A DNA stretch of 34,557 nucleotides from Candidatus Krumholzibacteriia bacterium (GTDB taxonomy: Bacteria; Krumholzibacteriota; Krumholzibacteriia; WVZY01), in the NCBI GenBank assembly GCA_036478295.1, contig JAZGDW010000201.1:1-34557 (forward strand). The letters run 5' to 3'. Position 1 is the first letter of the stretch; every line of letters starts with the position of its first letter. Of this stretch, positions 17,896-29,600 are shown in pieces. A model generated the notes under the pieces. That model did not search any database, was not told the origin of the DNA, and saw only the letters and a program-made list of their open reading frames with translations. Position numbers and translations under genes: made by a program.

Positions 17896-18867
17896 ATGCT
17901 CAAGAAAATGATCCTGTGGCCTGTCGCGTGCGCCATCCTCGTCTATTTACCGGTCAGATTCCACTCTCCAACGCAAGTTCAAGCGAATACACCACTTGCA
18001 GTGTTGATTTCGTGTCTGGGTGATGTCACCGTGGTCAAGAGTGACGGCCCGACCGTGCAAGGGATTTTCGGTTTACCCCTGAACGCCGGGGACGAGGTGC
18101 GGACGGGTGACGCGGCCCAGGCCGACATCCTCTTTGCAAACGACAATCTGATCCAGGTAGGGGCCAACAGCAGCACGCGGATCATGGGGCGGAAGGGAAG
18201 CCGTTCGGCCGAGTCCAGCACATCGATGGGCGAAAAGAGTTTCCAGACGGTGCAGAATTTTCTCAAACTCACAGACTCCGGTGGGACCAGCTCGCTGGCC
18301 CAACTACGCTCCGCGGACAGCGACCAGGAGATCCGGCTGGAATCGCCGTGCCAGACCCGGGTCCGGAGTGACCGCCCGACCTTCCGGTGGCAGGCGGCCG
18401 ATCCGGCGGAGGAGCTGCAGATCTCCGTGTACAGCGACGCGGCAGTTCAGTGGGAGTACGATGTAACCAGCGAGATGAAAATAAGTTACCCGGAAAGCGC
18501 CCCGGCGCTGAAACCGGGCACGACCTACTGGTGGACACTGAAATCCACCGATCCACTACGGTTTCCTCCGGTCACGACAAATGCAGTGCCGTTCGAGATC
18601 CTGGGTGAAGCGGATGCCCGGAAACTCGACGTGGCCCTTAGCGAGATCGCAAAGGACGAGAGCCGTCCGTCTTCATATCACTTTTTCCGCGCGAGCCTCT
18701 ACTTCGACTACGGGCTGATGGAAGCAGCCATCATGGAAACCATCCAGGCGCTGGAAGGCGACGCGGACAATCCGACCCTGCACTCCATCCTTGCCCACCT
18801 CTACGCCGAGACCGGTCGTTCGCAGGAGGCACTCGGCGAGTACAACCGACTGCTCGAAAAACGCTGA
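17896..18867 (+). CDS. Exported/anchored protein with FecR-like N-terminal domain, DUF928-like middle domain and C-terminal TPR
   Basis: N-terminal hydrophobic segment; GDVTV...LNAGDEVRTG....A.ILF.ND..I.VGANS (FecR-like); SP.....RPTFRW...YP..APALKPG.TYWW (DUF928-like); helical TPR tail. Confidence 0.65.
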   Translation: MLKKMILWPVACAILVYLPVRFHSPTQVQANTPLAVLISCLGDVTVVKSDGPTVQGIFGLPLNAGDEVRTGDAAQADILFANDNLIQVGANSSTRIMGRKGSRSAESSTSMGEKSFQTVQNFLKLTDSGGTSSLAQLRSADSDQEIRLESPCQTRVRSDRPTFRWQAADPAEELQISVYSDAAVQWEYDVTSEMKISYPESAPALKPGTTYWWTLKSTDPLRFPPVTTNAVPFEILGEADARKLDVALSEIAKDESRPSSYHFFRASLYFDYGLMEAAIMETIQALEGDADNPTLHSILAHLYAETGRSQEALGEYNRLLEKR

Positions 18868-18905
18868 TCTTGCGGTAATCTCTTGCATCGTAGTACTATG
18901 AGGTT

Positions 18906-20519
18906 ATGGCCAAGGCGGAGATCGGCGGCTACAGGATTGATGGAACCCTCGGTGAAGGCGGCATGGGTCACGTTTACCGCGCCCGCGACGTCACCCTCGA
19001 ACGCGATATCGCACTGAAAGTCATCCGCGCGGATAGCCTCACTGCGGTTGGTAAGGAACGTTTCCTCAGGGAAGCCCGCGCCTGCTCCCGTATTAGTCAC
19101 CCCAATATCATTACTGTCTACGCTGCAGGCGAAGATGATGGTCATCCGTATATGGCGATGGAACTTATCGCCGGCCGCACCCTGCGTGAGCTTATCGATG
19201 AGGGCCCCGTCCCCTGGCGGCAGGCCATCCGCTGGATCGCCGACATCGCCGACGCGCTTTGCCGCCTGCACCAGGAGGGGATCATCCACCGCGACCTGAA
19301 ACCGGAAAACATCATGGTCAAGGAAGACGGTTTGGTCAAACTAATGGATTTCGGAATCGCCCATATGGCGACGAGCGCGACCTTGACCCGGGAGGGTGTG
19401 AGCCTGGGGACGGTGTTTTACATGTCACCGGAGCAGGCCTCCGGCAAGAAGGCTGACGCGAGGAGCGACATCTTCTCCCTCGCCGCCGTCCTCTACGAGA
19501 TGTTGACCGGCCAGTTCGCCTTCAAGGGCGAGCATCCCATGGCGGTAATGTATTCCATTACCAACGCTTCACCGCCCGCGATTGACGGGTTTGGTATCGA
19601 GTTTCCGGAAAATCTCAAGGAAATCGTCGAGCGGGCGCTGGAAAAAGATCCGGAGGACCGTTTCGACGACGCTGGCCAGCTGCGCGACGGGCTCGAGAAG
19701 CTCCTCGGGGGCACGAGGGGGGGGCCGCAATCCGGCGTTCTGATGCGCCTGGTGCTGCCGGCGGTGGTCGCTATTACGGTCGGTGTCATCGTCTGGGCCG
19801 TATTTATGCGGGGCGGACCGGACCGGGAGGCGGCGACGCGCCACAACGAGAAGGGTCTGGCCTTCGAGGAAGCCGGAGACGTCGTAAAGGCCCGTGATCA
19901 GTACTTGGAGGCGATCGATGAGGATCCCGACTACGTGTTGCCGTACAACAACCTGGGGATGCTCTACTTGAGGCAAGGTGATTCCACCCAGGCGGTCGTG
20001 CAGTTCGACAAGGCGCTGATGCTCGGCAGCGACATAAAGCTCGACGTGTCGGTTCTCTACAACCTGGCGGATCTGCGTTTGGGAATGCAGGATTCCACCC
20101 GCGCCTACCTGTATTTTATGCGTGCCGTTGACGAGAACCCCTCGTTTCTGTACGCACACAACAATCTGGGAGCACTCCTCATCGGCCGCAATCAAATCGA
20201 AGAGGCCAAAGCGATTCTCGATGACGCGCTGGGCAAGACGACGAGCCCACACTATACCGAGGTCGCTCCTTACCTGTTGAAGAACCGCGGCAAGGTCGCG
20301 GCGCGTCTCGGACGCCAGGATGAGGCCTTCGACTACTGGACGCGCGCGGTGGCCGTGATGCAGGACAACGTCGAACTCCACCTCCTGCTCGCCGCCTGGC
20401 ACCAGCGAGACGGCACCCTGGAAAAAGCACGGGAACACTGGGCCCGCGTCGTCGAGTTGACGAACGGGGAGCAGCAGCGGCAGGCGCAGGCGGCACTCGA
20501 GCGGCTCGGATCCAAATAA
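18906..20519 (+). CDS. Membrane Hanks-type Ser/Thr protein kinase with C-terminal TPR repeats
   Basis: GEGGMG.VY, IALK, HRDLKPEN, DFG, GT..YMSPEQ, D.RSDIFSL; one TM (LVLPAVVAITVGVIVWAVF); several YNNLG/HNNLG TPRs. Confidence 0.93.
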   Translation: MAKAEIGGYRIDGTLGEGGMGHVYRARDVTLERDIALKVIRADSLTAVGKERFLREARACSRISHPNIITVYAAGEDDGHPYMAMELIAGRTLRELIDEGPVPWRQAIRWIADIADALCRLHQEGIIHRDLKPENIMVKEDGLVKLMDFGIAHMATSATLTREGVSLGTVFYMSPEQASGKKADARSDIFSLAAVLYEMLTGQFAFKGEHPMAVMYSITNASPPAIDGFGIEFPENLKEIVERALEKDPEDRFDDAGQLRDGLEKLLGGTRGGPQSGVLMRLVLPAVVAITVGVIVWAVFMRGGPDREAATRHNEKGLAFEEAGDVVKARDQYLEAIDEDPDYVLPYNNLGMLYLRQGDSTQAVVQFDKALMLGSDIKLDVSVLYNLADLRLGMQDSTRAYLYFMRAVDENPSFLYAHNNLGALLIGRNQIEEAKAILDDALGKTTSPHYTEVAPYLLKNRGKVAARLGRQDEAFDYWTRAVAVMQDNVELHLLLAAWHQRDGTLEKAREHWARVVELTNGEQQRQAQAALERLGSK

Positions 20520-20582
20520 AGCGCTCAGCCGGTGGGATCCGCAGGTACAGCGCGGGTACCCTATCTGATAACTACCACGAAG

Positions 20583-20608
20583 GAGGCCGCCCCATGTGAG
20601 GCGGCCTC
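20583..20608. terminator. Hairpin between convergent genes, probable bidirectional terminator
   Basis: GAGGCCGCC-8 nt-GGCGGCCTC perfect 9-bp stem; only short U-rich tails on either strand. Confidence 0.6.
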
Positions 20609-20656
20609 TCTTGTCGGACCATTACGGCGGTGCCTTTGGAACTCGTGCGCGGCCGC

Positions 20657-23600
20657 TTACTTCAGCAGCAACATCTTGCGCGTCTTCGAGAACTTGCCGG
20701 CCACGATCTTGTAGAAGTAGACACCGCTGGCAACTGAGTGCCCGCTCGAGTTCCGGCCATCCCATTCCACGTCGTAGTGATTCGCGATTCGCTTCTCGTT
20801 GACCAGCGTTTGCACGCGCCGGCCGGCGACGTCGTAGACCACGAGCTTCACATGGCTGTCCTGCGCCAGCGTGAAGCGGATGGTCGTCGTCGGGTTGAAC
20901 GGGTTGGGAAAGTTCTGCTCCAGAGTAAACGGCGCGCGGTACGTGAACTTGAACGGCCCAAAAACATCCCCTGCGCCGTCGCTGCTCACTTCCTCGAGCT
21001 TGTAGTAGTACGTCTGGTTGGGCCGAACGGTCGTGTCGCGGAACTCGTAGCTCGAACCGTTCGGTCTGCCCGAACCGGGAATGGCATCTGCAGTGAGTCT
21101 CTCGTAACCGACGTGTGGCTTGTCCGACCGCAGCACGTGAAAGCCGGAGAAACCGACCTCGAGAAGGGTCTGCCATTTCAACACCGCGGCCCGGTCCTGC
21201 TGAACGGCCGTGAAGCTGCCCAGCGTCACCGGAACGTTGCCATGTACCGTGAACGCCTCACTCATACCCGCCCCGATGGATACAGTCGATTCGCCCTCCT
21301 CTGTATAGAGGATCAGCATGACCCGCCCCGAAGGGGAGTCGAAACCGCGCGGTATCCACCAGTTCAGAACTTCGGTGTTGGGAGCGCCGAGTACGATCGC
21401 TATCCAGGTTTGTCCATCGTCCGGACTCCACCAGAAATCCACGGCCGTGATCGGCGTGAAGGCCGGTGATTGCCACCGGATGTCGAACGTAGCGCCACCG
21501 AAGACCTCGTCCTCCGATGTCGGAGCGAGCAACGTGGGCCGGAAGGTCCGGATGGAATCGGTGCCGCTGAATTCCTGGCCGCTGGCAAGACCGGTGACGG
21601 TTACCGGGACTTGCGCGCCCTGACCGACGATGTTCTGGAACTCGATGCGGTCGAATTCCACATGGATCTCGTCAAGACCGTCGTCATCTACATCGGTGAG
21701 CGTGGATGATACCGCTGTGACTGACACCAATCCGTTCATGGCCAGACTACCGGAGACGATATTTAACGGGTTGAATCCCGCCGGCAGTTCGATCGCCGCG
21801 CGAATATCCCGGAACGGCGGGTTGAGCATACTGGTGGGGTCTGTCGGCCTGGACTGCACCACGACGTCGGCAAGCAGCCCCAGGATGGTCATGGTGGCGT
21901 CACCTGCGTTCGTGACGAGAGCGATACCGGTGCCGGACGGATCGAACGCAACCGCCGCTGGATCCGCACCGGTCGAAATGGTGCCGACCACGGTCAGGGT
22001 TTGCGGCGTCACAACGGCATTGGGATCGAGCACCGATACCGAGCCCACGATGTCGAGCGACACAATGATGATGATGTCGCCCTCATTCTGCACCAGCCAC
22101 AGGAACGCTCCGTCGGGCGTGATCTTGAGACTCCGGGTCGACGTACCACCGCCGACCTCCGCAAGGACTTCGTTCTCCGACGGGCTTCCCGGCGCGATGT
22201 CGTATATCAAGACATCGCCTTCCGTGGTCAGCACGACCAGCAGCGACCCATCCGGCGTAATCTTGAGGCTCCTCGTCGAGGATCCACCGCCGACACTACC
22301 CAACACTCCGAAGTCCAGCGCGCTTAGAATCACGTAGCCGTCGTCGGTGCCCACGTAGAGGAGCCCGCCGTCGGGGGTAATGGCCAGGCTTCGCGTGCCG
22401 TCGCCCCGGCCGACAGTGGACAACACGGTATGAAACGTCGCACTGAGATTATCCGTGTCGATCACGCTCAGGTCGTCGGACCCGGCATTGGCCACGACAA
22501 CACGATCCCCGTCGGGGGTGATCACGAGATCGACGGGATTTGTACCGACAATCACCGTTTCCGTCACGCTGTTGAATCCAGGAGACCCAGAATCAACGTC
22601 AATGATGGAAAGGGTTCCCGAGAGAAAGTTCACCACGTAGGCGAACGTCCCATCCGGATTGATGATGATGGCGAACGGGGTGTCGCCGACCTGTATGCTG
22701 GGCAGCGTCGTCAAGGTCACCAGATCGATGGGAACGACGGTACCGTTATCGGGACTGACGCCGTAAGCGAACGCCCCGTCCGGCGTGATGGCCAGGCTGC
22801 GCGTGGAGGACCCCGTACCGACCGCGCCGAGTACGTCGTCCGCGGGCGACAAGCTGGGCACCAGTACCGTGAAAGGCAGCGCGTTGGACGTGTCCGTCAC
22901 GATGACGACACGGATTTCTCCCGTAGCGGCGCCGAGGGGGACCGTCACGTTCAGAAAGTTGTCACCGGCCTCCGTGACCGTACCCACAACCGCGTCGAAA
23001 AGCACGGTGTTGTTGGCCGGCACCGGGTCAAAACTGGTCCCGGACAGCACGATGCCAACCGTCGCCGCCGCACTGGGCGGGCTGATGGCGGAGAGCGCCA
23101 GCGGCGGTGGTGGCACGGTCGTGAAACTCGCCGTGTCCGCCTCCGAGAGCGCGTCACCGAGCGCGGCGATGATGCCGGTGGTGGCCACTATCTCGTAGGT
23201 CTTACCCGGCTCGAGAATGTGTACCGGTGTCAGCGAGATCTTGCGATTCAGGTCTGTAAAACCGACGATGGTTGGCACCTGCGCGAGTGACACGCTTTCC
23301 CGCAAGAAATAGTTCGTGCTGTTCACCGAAGTCGGATTCACTCCCCGGCTGAACGTGGTCTGGATGGCCGTGCTCGTGTTCACGCCCATTTGCCCGTCGC
23401 TCGGGACGAAGCTGCTGACGGTAAGCGGTAGCGAATCGGGATCGTTCAGCGTATTGGCGACGAAGTCGACCGGCGAACCCGTCAGGCCCAGCGATGAAGC
23501 CCGGACTCCCTGGGTCGCGGCGCCGACTGTCGACCCCAGCCTATAGTCGACCTCGGCGAACCCATCCGCGTCGGTCACGACCACCTGCGTGGTCGGATTG

Positions 23601-26600
23601 ACCGCGGGATCCCCGGTCTCAAAAGAGCCGTCATCAGCGGTCACATCGAAGGTGACCGCGACCCCGGCGGATGGATCGCCGGACACGGTGTTGATGACCC
23701 GAACCTTCAGCGGGTCGGGCAGTGTCTGGTTAATAACGCCGGTTTGATTATCCCCCGAGACTTTGACCAGTTCTTGCGCCGTGGTGAAGTCGTAGACAAA
23801 GACACTGTCCTGCGACGTGCTCGTTGCGTACAGGAGCGCACCGCCGGAGGAATAACTGAAATCGACCCCTCCCGAGTGGAGTGCCCCGCCGGACTGGTCC
23901 AGCACGGGGATCGTCGGAGAGGTGGTGACGTTGAGATGCGAAAACCCATCGCTCAGGATATTCAGGACCGCCCGGTCACCGCGCGGTGACACGTGGATGT
24001 GCTCGTCGGCCGCAACGGCCGTCGTCGAGAACAGCTCCGAGCCAAGCAAGGTCGGGCTCACCACGTTCGCCGGCGCGCTGGTGTTCAGCGTCAATACGGT
24101 CCGGTTCGGGCCCGCGGCAACGCTTTTCTGGCTGGTCAGCACGAAGCACCGTGACCCGTCGGGCGTAAACGATATCGAAATGGGCATCTCATCCGGAGTC
24201 GACCCCGGAGGCACCAGCGGCATTTTGTGCACTACCATGCCGAAGTCCGGGCTCCCGAGACCGACGTCCATTACCAGGATTGCCGCGGGCACGGAATCCT
24301 GAACGGCGAGATACGCGAACTGTCCGGCGGGATGGAAAGTCATCTCGCCCACGAGTCCGTTGATACCCAGCGGGACATCGGCGGTCGGCGTGGTGGCGAT
24401 GACCTGGTTCGCCTGTGCCGAGCCCTCGCGTATGTCCACGATGTGCACACTGGCGAGTCCCGGATCCGAAATCAGCATGAAAAAGCCGTCGGGGCTGATA
24501 CTCAGCCTCTCGAGGGCCAGGCCGCCGGTGACGTCGACCGAATCGATCACAGTACCCAGGTCGGTACTGTTGCGATCGATGTTGACCACCGGCACGAACT
24601 GCTCGGTCTTCGACAATACGTACGCGCGCCGTCCGTCCGGTGTGATGGCGACGTCGGCCAGTGAACTGCTCAGTGGAACGGCGCTGGCGATGAACTGGGT
24701 GAACGTGGCACTCGAAGAATTCGCGTCGAGCACAAAGAGCTCACCGGCGTCGCCGCCGACCGCAACCACTTCTCCATCCGGAGGGATGGCCAGAGCCCGT
24801 GACAGCTGGGGGCCTCCCACTGGCTGAGATTTCGCCGCCAGGCGTAGCCCGCCGGCCGGCGTCGGCAGATCCAGAACATCGAAGAAAATCGCGTTGGATA
24901 TCTCAACGGGTGGTTCGAGATTCGTGACGCGGACGGTAACCGGTCCATCGGTCGCGCCGGGTGGCACGGCAACCGCGAGCACCGAATCGCCCACTTGTTC
25001 GGGGGTCGTAATGATCCCGTTGAACGATACGGTCGTCGAGCTCTCGGCGGTGAAATCCACACCCGCGAGTACCAGCCGGGTTCCGACCGGTCCCGCGTGC
25101 CGCGACATTGACCTCAACACGGGTCCCACACCGATACCGGTCACCACCATGGCCTGCTCGGCCTCGGAGAGCGACAGCGCAAAAATACCATCCGGCGTCA
25201 GCGCGACATCTACCGGGTTGGCTCTTTGGTCGATGTCGGCCGCCAGACCGCGAAATGTCGGGGACCCTTCCCTGAGATCGATCACATCGAGGAGATCTCG
25301 CTCGCGGTTCGTCACATAGAAGAAATTACCAGTCGGCGCAATCGCCCCGCCCCGAAGCGTACCGCCGATCGGAATATCCGTTACGTGGGACAGCGAGTTC
25401 AGGTTCACGATGCTCGTGAAACCGAACTCGTCGGGTATATACGCCCGGTCGCCGAGCGGGTCCACGATAACGTCATTCGGATCGGGACCGACGTTGATTT
25501 CGGCCACGAGCGAGTCGAGGTCGAGGTCGAACACCAGCACCTTGCCGATGCCGCTGAGGCCCAGCAGGAGATTACCCGCCGGGTTCACGGCCATCTTGCC
25601 ACGAAGGTTGGGTTCGGCGATGATCTCGCCGATCTGGCGCTCGAAGGTCGGGCTGCCGCTCGTGATATCCCAGATCTGTACTTCGCTCGCGTCGGTTGGA
25701 ATGTATGCGCGGTTGGGCAAGACAAACAATCCCCGGGGTACCGCCCCGACGTCCTTCTCACTCAGTCTCCCCACAGATCCCAGAGCGGGATCAACGTTGA
25801 GCCGGTAGAGCTTCTCGTTGAGCCGGCTCACCGCGTAGACTACGCCGGTGGGGGTAATGCTGATCTCGTTCAAACCACCGGTGATATCGATGGGCGTATG
25901 AAGCAGGTAGTCCGGCCGCCCGGGATCTACGACCACAACGGAGGCACCGGCATTGGTCGCGATAACCGCGCGGCTACCGTCGGGCAGGACAGCGATCGAG
26001 CGCGGCAGCGCCCCGAGGGCCACCACCGCCGCCTCGAATCCCCGCGCCACGTCGTCGACCGGCAAGACAGTGTACGCAAGCTCGTTGCTGGGCGGGGGTC
26101 GCAGTAAGTTCGTCACGCCTACCAGTGCCACGCCGACGGGAGCGCCGGCGGGTACTTCAAAAACCAGCTGGCTTGGCGATGCGGAGATGATGTTCGCCGT
26201 CAAACCGCCGAACGTCACCAGATTGTTGCCCGGGTCGCTTTCGAAACCGAAGCCGTGGATGGTGACCTCGGTGGCAACGGGCCCGTGGGTGGGCACGAGA
26301 CTGGTGATGCCGACCGCAGGCTGAACCTCCGTCGTGAAGTGCAATACAAACGGGGCTTGCAGTCCGTTCCCGAACTGATCGGTCAGTCCGGTACCCAGCT
26401 CGAGTTTGTAGACGGTATCGAAGGAAAGGTTGCCGCCGGGAAGGAATGCCAGCGTCGAATCGTCTTCGAGCACCGCCGCGCTTCCCGAAATGAACAGGCC
26501 TGCCGCCGTATCAGTCAGCGCGAAATTCCCCTGAATGCTGCCGCTCGCGATCGCTTCGGAGAACGCTATCAGTACCGCCGCGTCGATTGCGACGTCCAAC

Positions 26601-29600
26601 CCGTTGTCGGTCGGAGACGACTCGGTAACCGTGGGTCCCGTCTCGTCGACGTTGGTGATGATCTGGATGTCCGTCGTCGTCCCGCTGGTCACCGTCACCG
26701 GATCCGCGACGGTGGGATCGTCGAACTTGGACTCCGCGAGGTCCCAGAACTCCGGAACCAGGACGGTGACCGCCTCGTCGAAAATCAGCTGGTTGATGTT
26801 CTGTGGTGCAATGAACCCGATCGGCGAGGTCCCATTCAGCGGGTGGATGCCCACGTTGTAAGTGCCGTCGGGTATTCCCAAAAACTCGAACGTGCCGAAT
26901 GGAGGCAGCGTGTAATCGTTGGCAATCGTGTCTCCGGTCGCCGTATCCATGACGTAGACGATGACGCCCGGCACGGGGCTCAGATCCGTGCCGTCCAGCA
27001 CCGTACCGGTCAAACGGCTCATCGTCGCAAGGGCGCTCGCACTGGGGTATGACTTGAGCACCATCTGCTCGTCCTCGGGCGTCGGCGATGCCGCATCCTC
27101 GCCCGGCGGCAGTACGAAGAACATCGTGGAGGTCTTGACCGCTGCGTGCGAAACGCCGAAGAGGTGCAGTGCCTCGTGGGCGGTCACGCTCTCGGTATCC
27201 GTACCGGATCCCGCCATGGCTGTTTTGAAGCTCTTGGTGGGATTGAAGATTATATCGGCGTCGACGATCTGGCCGGGACGGGCGAGCGTGCCGTTGAACA
27301 TCGTCGGGACCAGGAACGACGTTGAGATTCCTACCGCCAATACGCCTGCCGGAAAAGCAAAGTCCGGGTCCTCGAACGTGATCAGATTGATCCCGTCCAG
27401 CGCCTGGGCATCGGCCTGTGTCGTCGTTGCTTGAAAACTGACCGCATATTCCGCACCGGGAATCGAAGACCACACGTCCATCCCTGCCTGCAGTGCGGCA
27501 AAGTCGCTGCCGTCCGTTATTCCGGATATGCCATTCTCGTGGATGAAGTAAGGAAGCGGCAGATCTTCGGGCGGCCAGTACTCGAGGTGGCGCGCGCTCA
27601 AGATGTCGTCGAGACAGCCGTCACCGTCGCGGTCGAAGAAGGACGCGTCCTCCAGCGGGCACAGGTCGACGATATCGGGCACACCATCCCCATCCGAGTC
27701 GGCGCCCGTGTCGGTGGTCAGTATGATGGCCGAGAACGCGGTGTTGTCGCTTTCATCCTCATCTTCCACTTCATCGAATTCATCGATTATAACGCCGAGG
27801 AAGACCGGTCCGGTCCCTGCACCTGCAGGGATCGTGACATTGGATGGAAAGGTTACGACCCGTACTTCACCGGCTACCATAATGGGTTCATTCTGCCGGC
27901 CGTTGACGAGCAGCTGATCGGCGAGCGTGATCGTGGTATCTGTAGAGATGTACAGACCCACGGAAAAGCCAACCTGCGTCGCCTTCTTACCGGCATTTTG
28001 AATGGTCAGACTGATATCGTCGCCGATAGCGCCTCCCACCAGCGCCGTAGCCGGACCGCTGAACTCAACCACACCCAGGATGAGATTGTCATTGTCGTCG
28101 AGGAGCACGAATGCGTCCTCGAGTCCCTCGCTGACCTGGCCGTCGAGTGTGCCGGCAGTAAAACCTGCCACATTAACCCCTAACGGTGAGGTTGAAATCG
28201 CCAGTGAGCGGTCATCACTTGCGGTTCCGAACTGGCGGGTCCAGATCTCGTTGCCGTCCAAATCGTATTTTTGGAGAAACGCATCTTCACCACCCAGGTT
28301 CATCTCTCCCGGCAGCGTCCCAGTGGTGTAACCGCTGGTATTGACGCCCGATGGATCCAGAGAAATCGCGCAGGCCTCGTCCTTCAAGTTCGTACCGAAC
28401 TGACGCGTCCACAATTCGTTGCCGTTCACATCGTACTTCACGACGTAGGCATCGAGGTCGCCCAGATTCGACTCTCCAGGCAAGGCACCATACGTACTCC
28501 CCGTGACAAACAGGCCCGAGGGGTCACAGGCGATGGCGAACGCATCATCGACCGACGAGGAACCGAACTGCCGGGTCCAGATTTCATTGCCGTCGGAGTC
28601 GTACTTGCGCACGTAGGAGTCCCTCAGTCCCAACCCGGACTGGCCCGGCAAGACACCGTCGGTGCTGCCCGTGACATAGATGCCCGAGGCATCGGCGGAG
28701 ATTGCAAACGCCTTGTCGGTTCCCGCAGTCCCGAACTGGCGGGTCCAGATCACGGTGCCGGCGAGATCATATTTGCGCACGAAAGCGTCATATCCACCGG
28801 CACTCGTCTCTCCTGGCAACGTACCAAGCGTAAACCCGGTAACATAAACGCTGGATCCGTCCGACGATATCCCTGTCGCCTCGTCGTCAGCGCTGCTTCC
28901 AAACTGGTCCGTCCACAAGACAGTGCCACCCGCATCGTACTTGCAAATGAAGACGTCGATGCCGCCAGCACTGGAATGCGTCGGAAACACATCGTCCGTA
29001 CTACCTGCGACAAAGACCGCCGAGGCATTCGCGACGACCGAACTGGTGATGTCATCCCCTGGGGTTCCGAACTGGCGGGTCCAGATCTCGGTGCCGTTCG
29101 CGTCGTACTTACGAACGTAGGCATCGACGCCGCCGGCACTCGACTGCCCGACGAGCGTTCCTTTCGTCCGTCCGGTTATGTAAAGCTCCGTCGTACCGAC
29201 GGCGGAGATTCCGGCCCCGTGATCGAGCAGGGCGCTCCCGAACTGGCGAACCCACATCGGCACCGATGCATCGATAATGACCGGCGAGGCCCCGGTGTTG
29301 TCCACCTCGCTCCCTTCGGCGATGAGGTCAAATTCATCGACAATCACGCCGAGATAGCCGCTTCCGAGTGGCGCGGCTCGAGGGATAGAAACGTTGTCGA
29401 CCGGCACCGTCATCGTCGCGCCGGCTGCCAGCGCGACCACAATCTTTCGGCCCGTCACTAGAATGAGATCTTCCGTCGTAATCACCGCATCGGGTGAAAG
29501 GTAAAAGCCGACGTAGAACTCACTGTTGATATCTTCGGTTCCACTGTTACGGATGGTGACACTCAGCTGCGAGCTGATATCATCGTCCCGTGCCGCGTCG

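Noticed and set aside
17896..20519. Kinase locus as an anti-phage defence system
   Set aside because: No nuclease, ATPase, TIR/SIR2 or toxin domain; the topology fits envelope signalling better.
28110..29260. 168-bp periodic repeat as a non-coding array
   Set aside because: Fully explained by seven 56-aa propeller blades.
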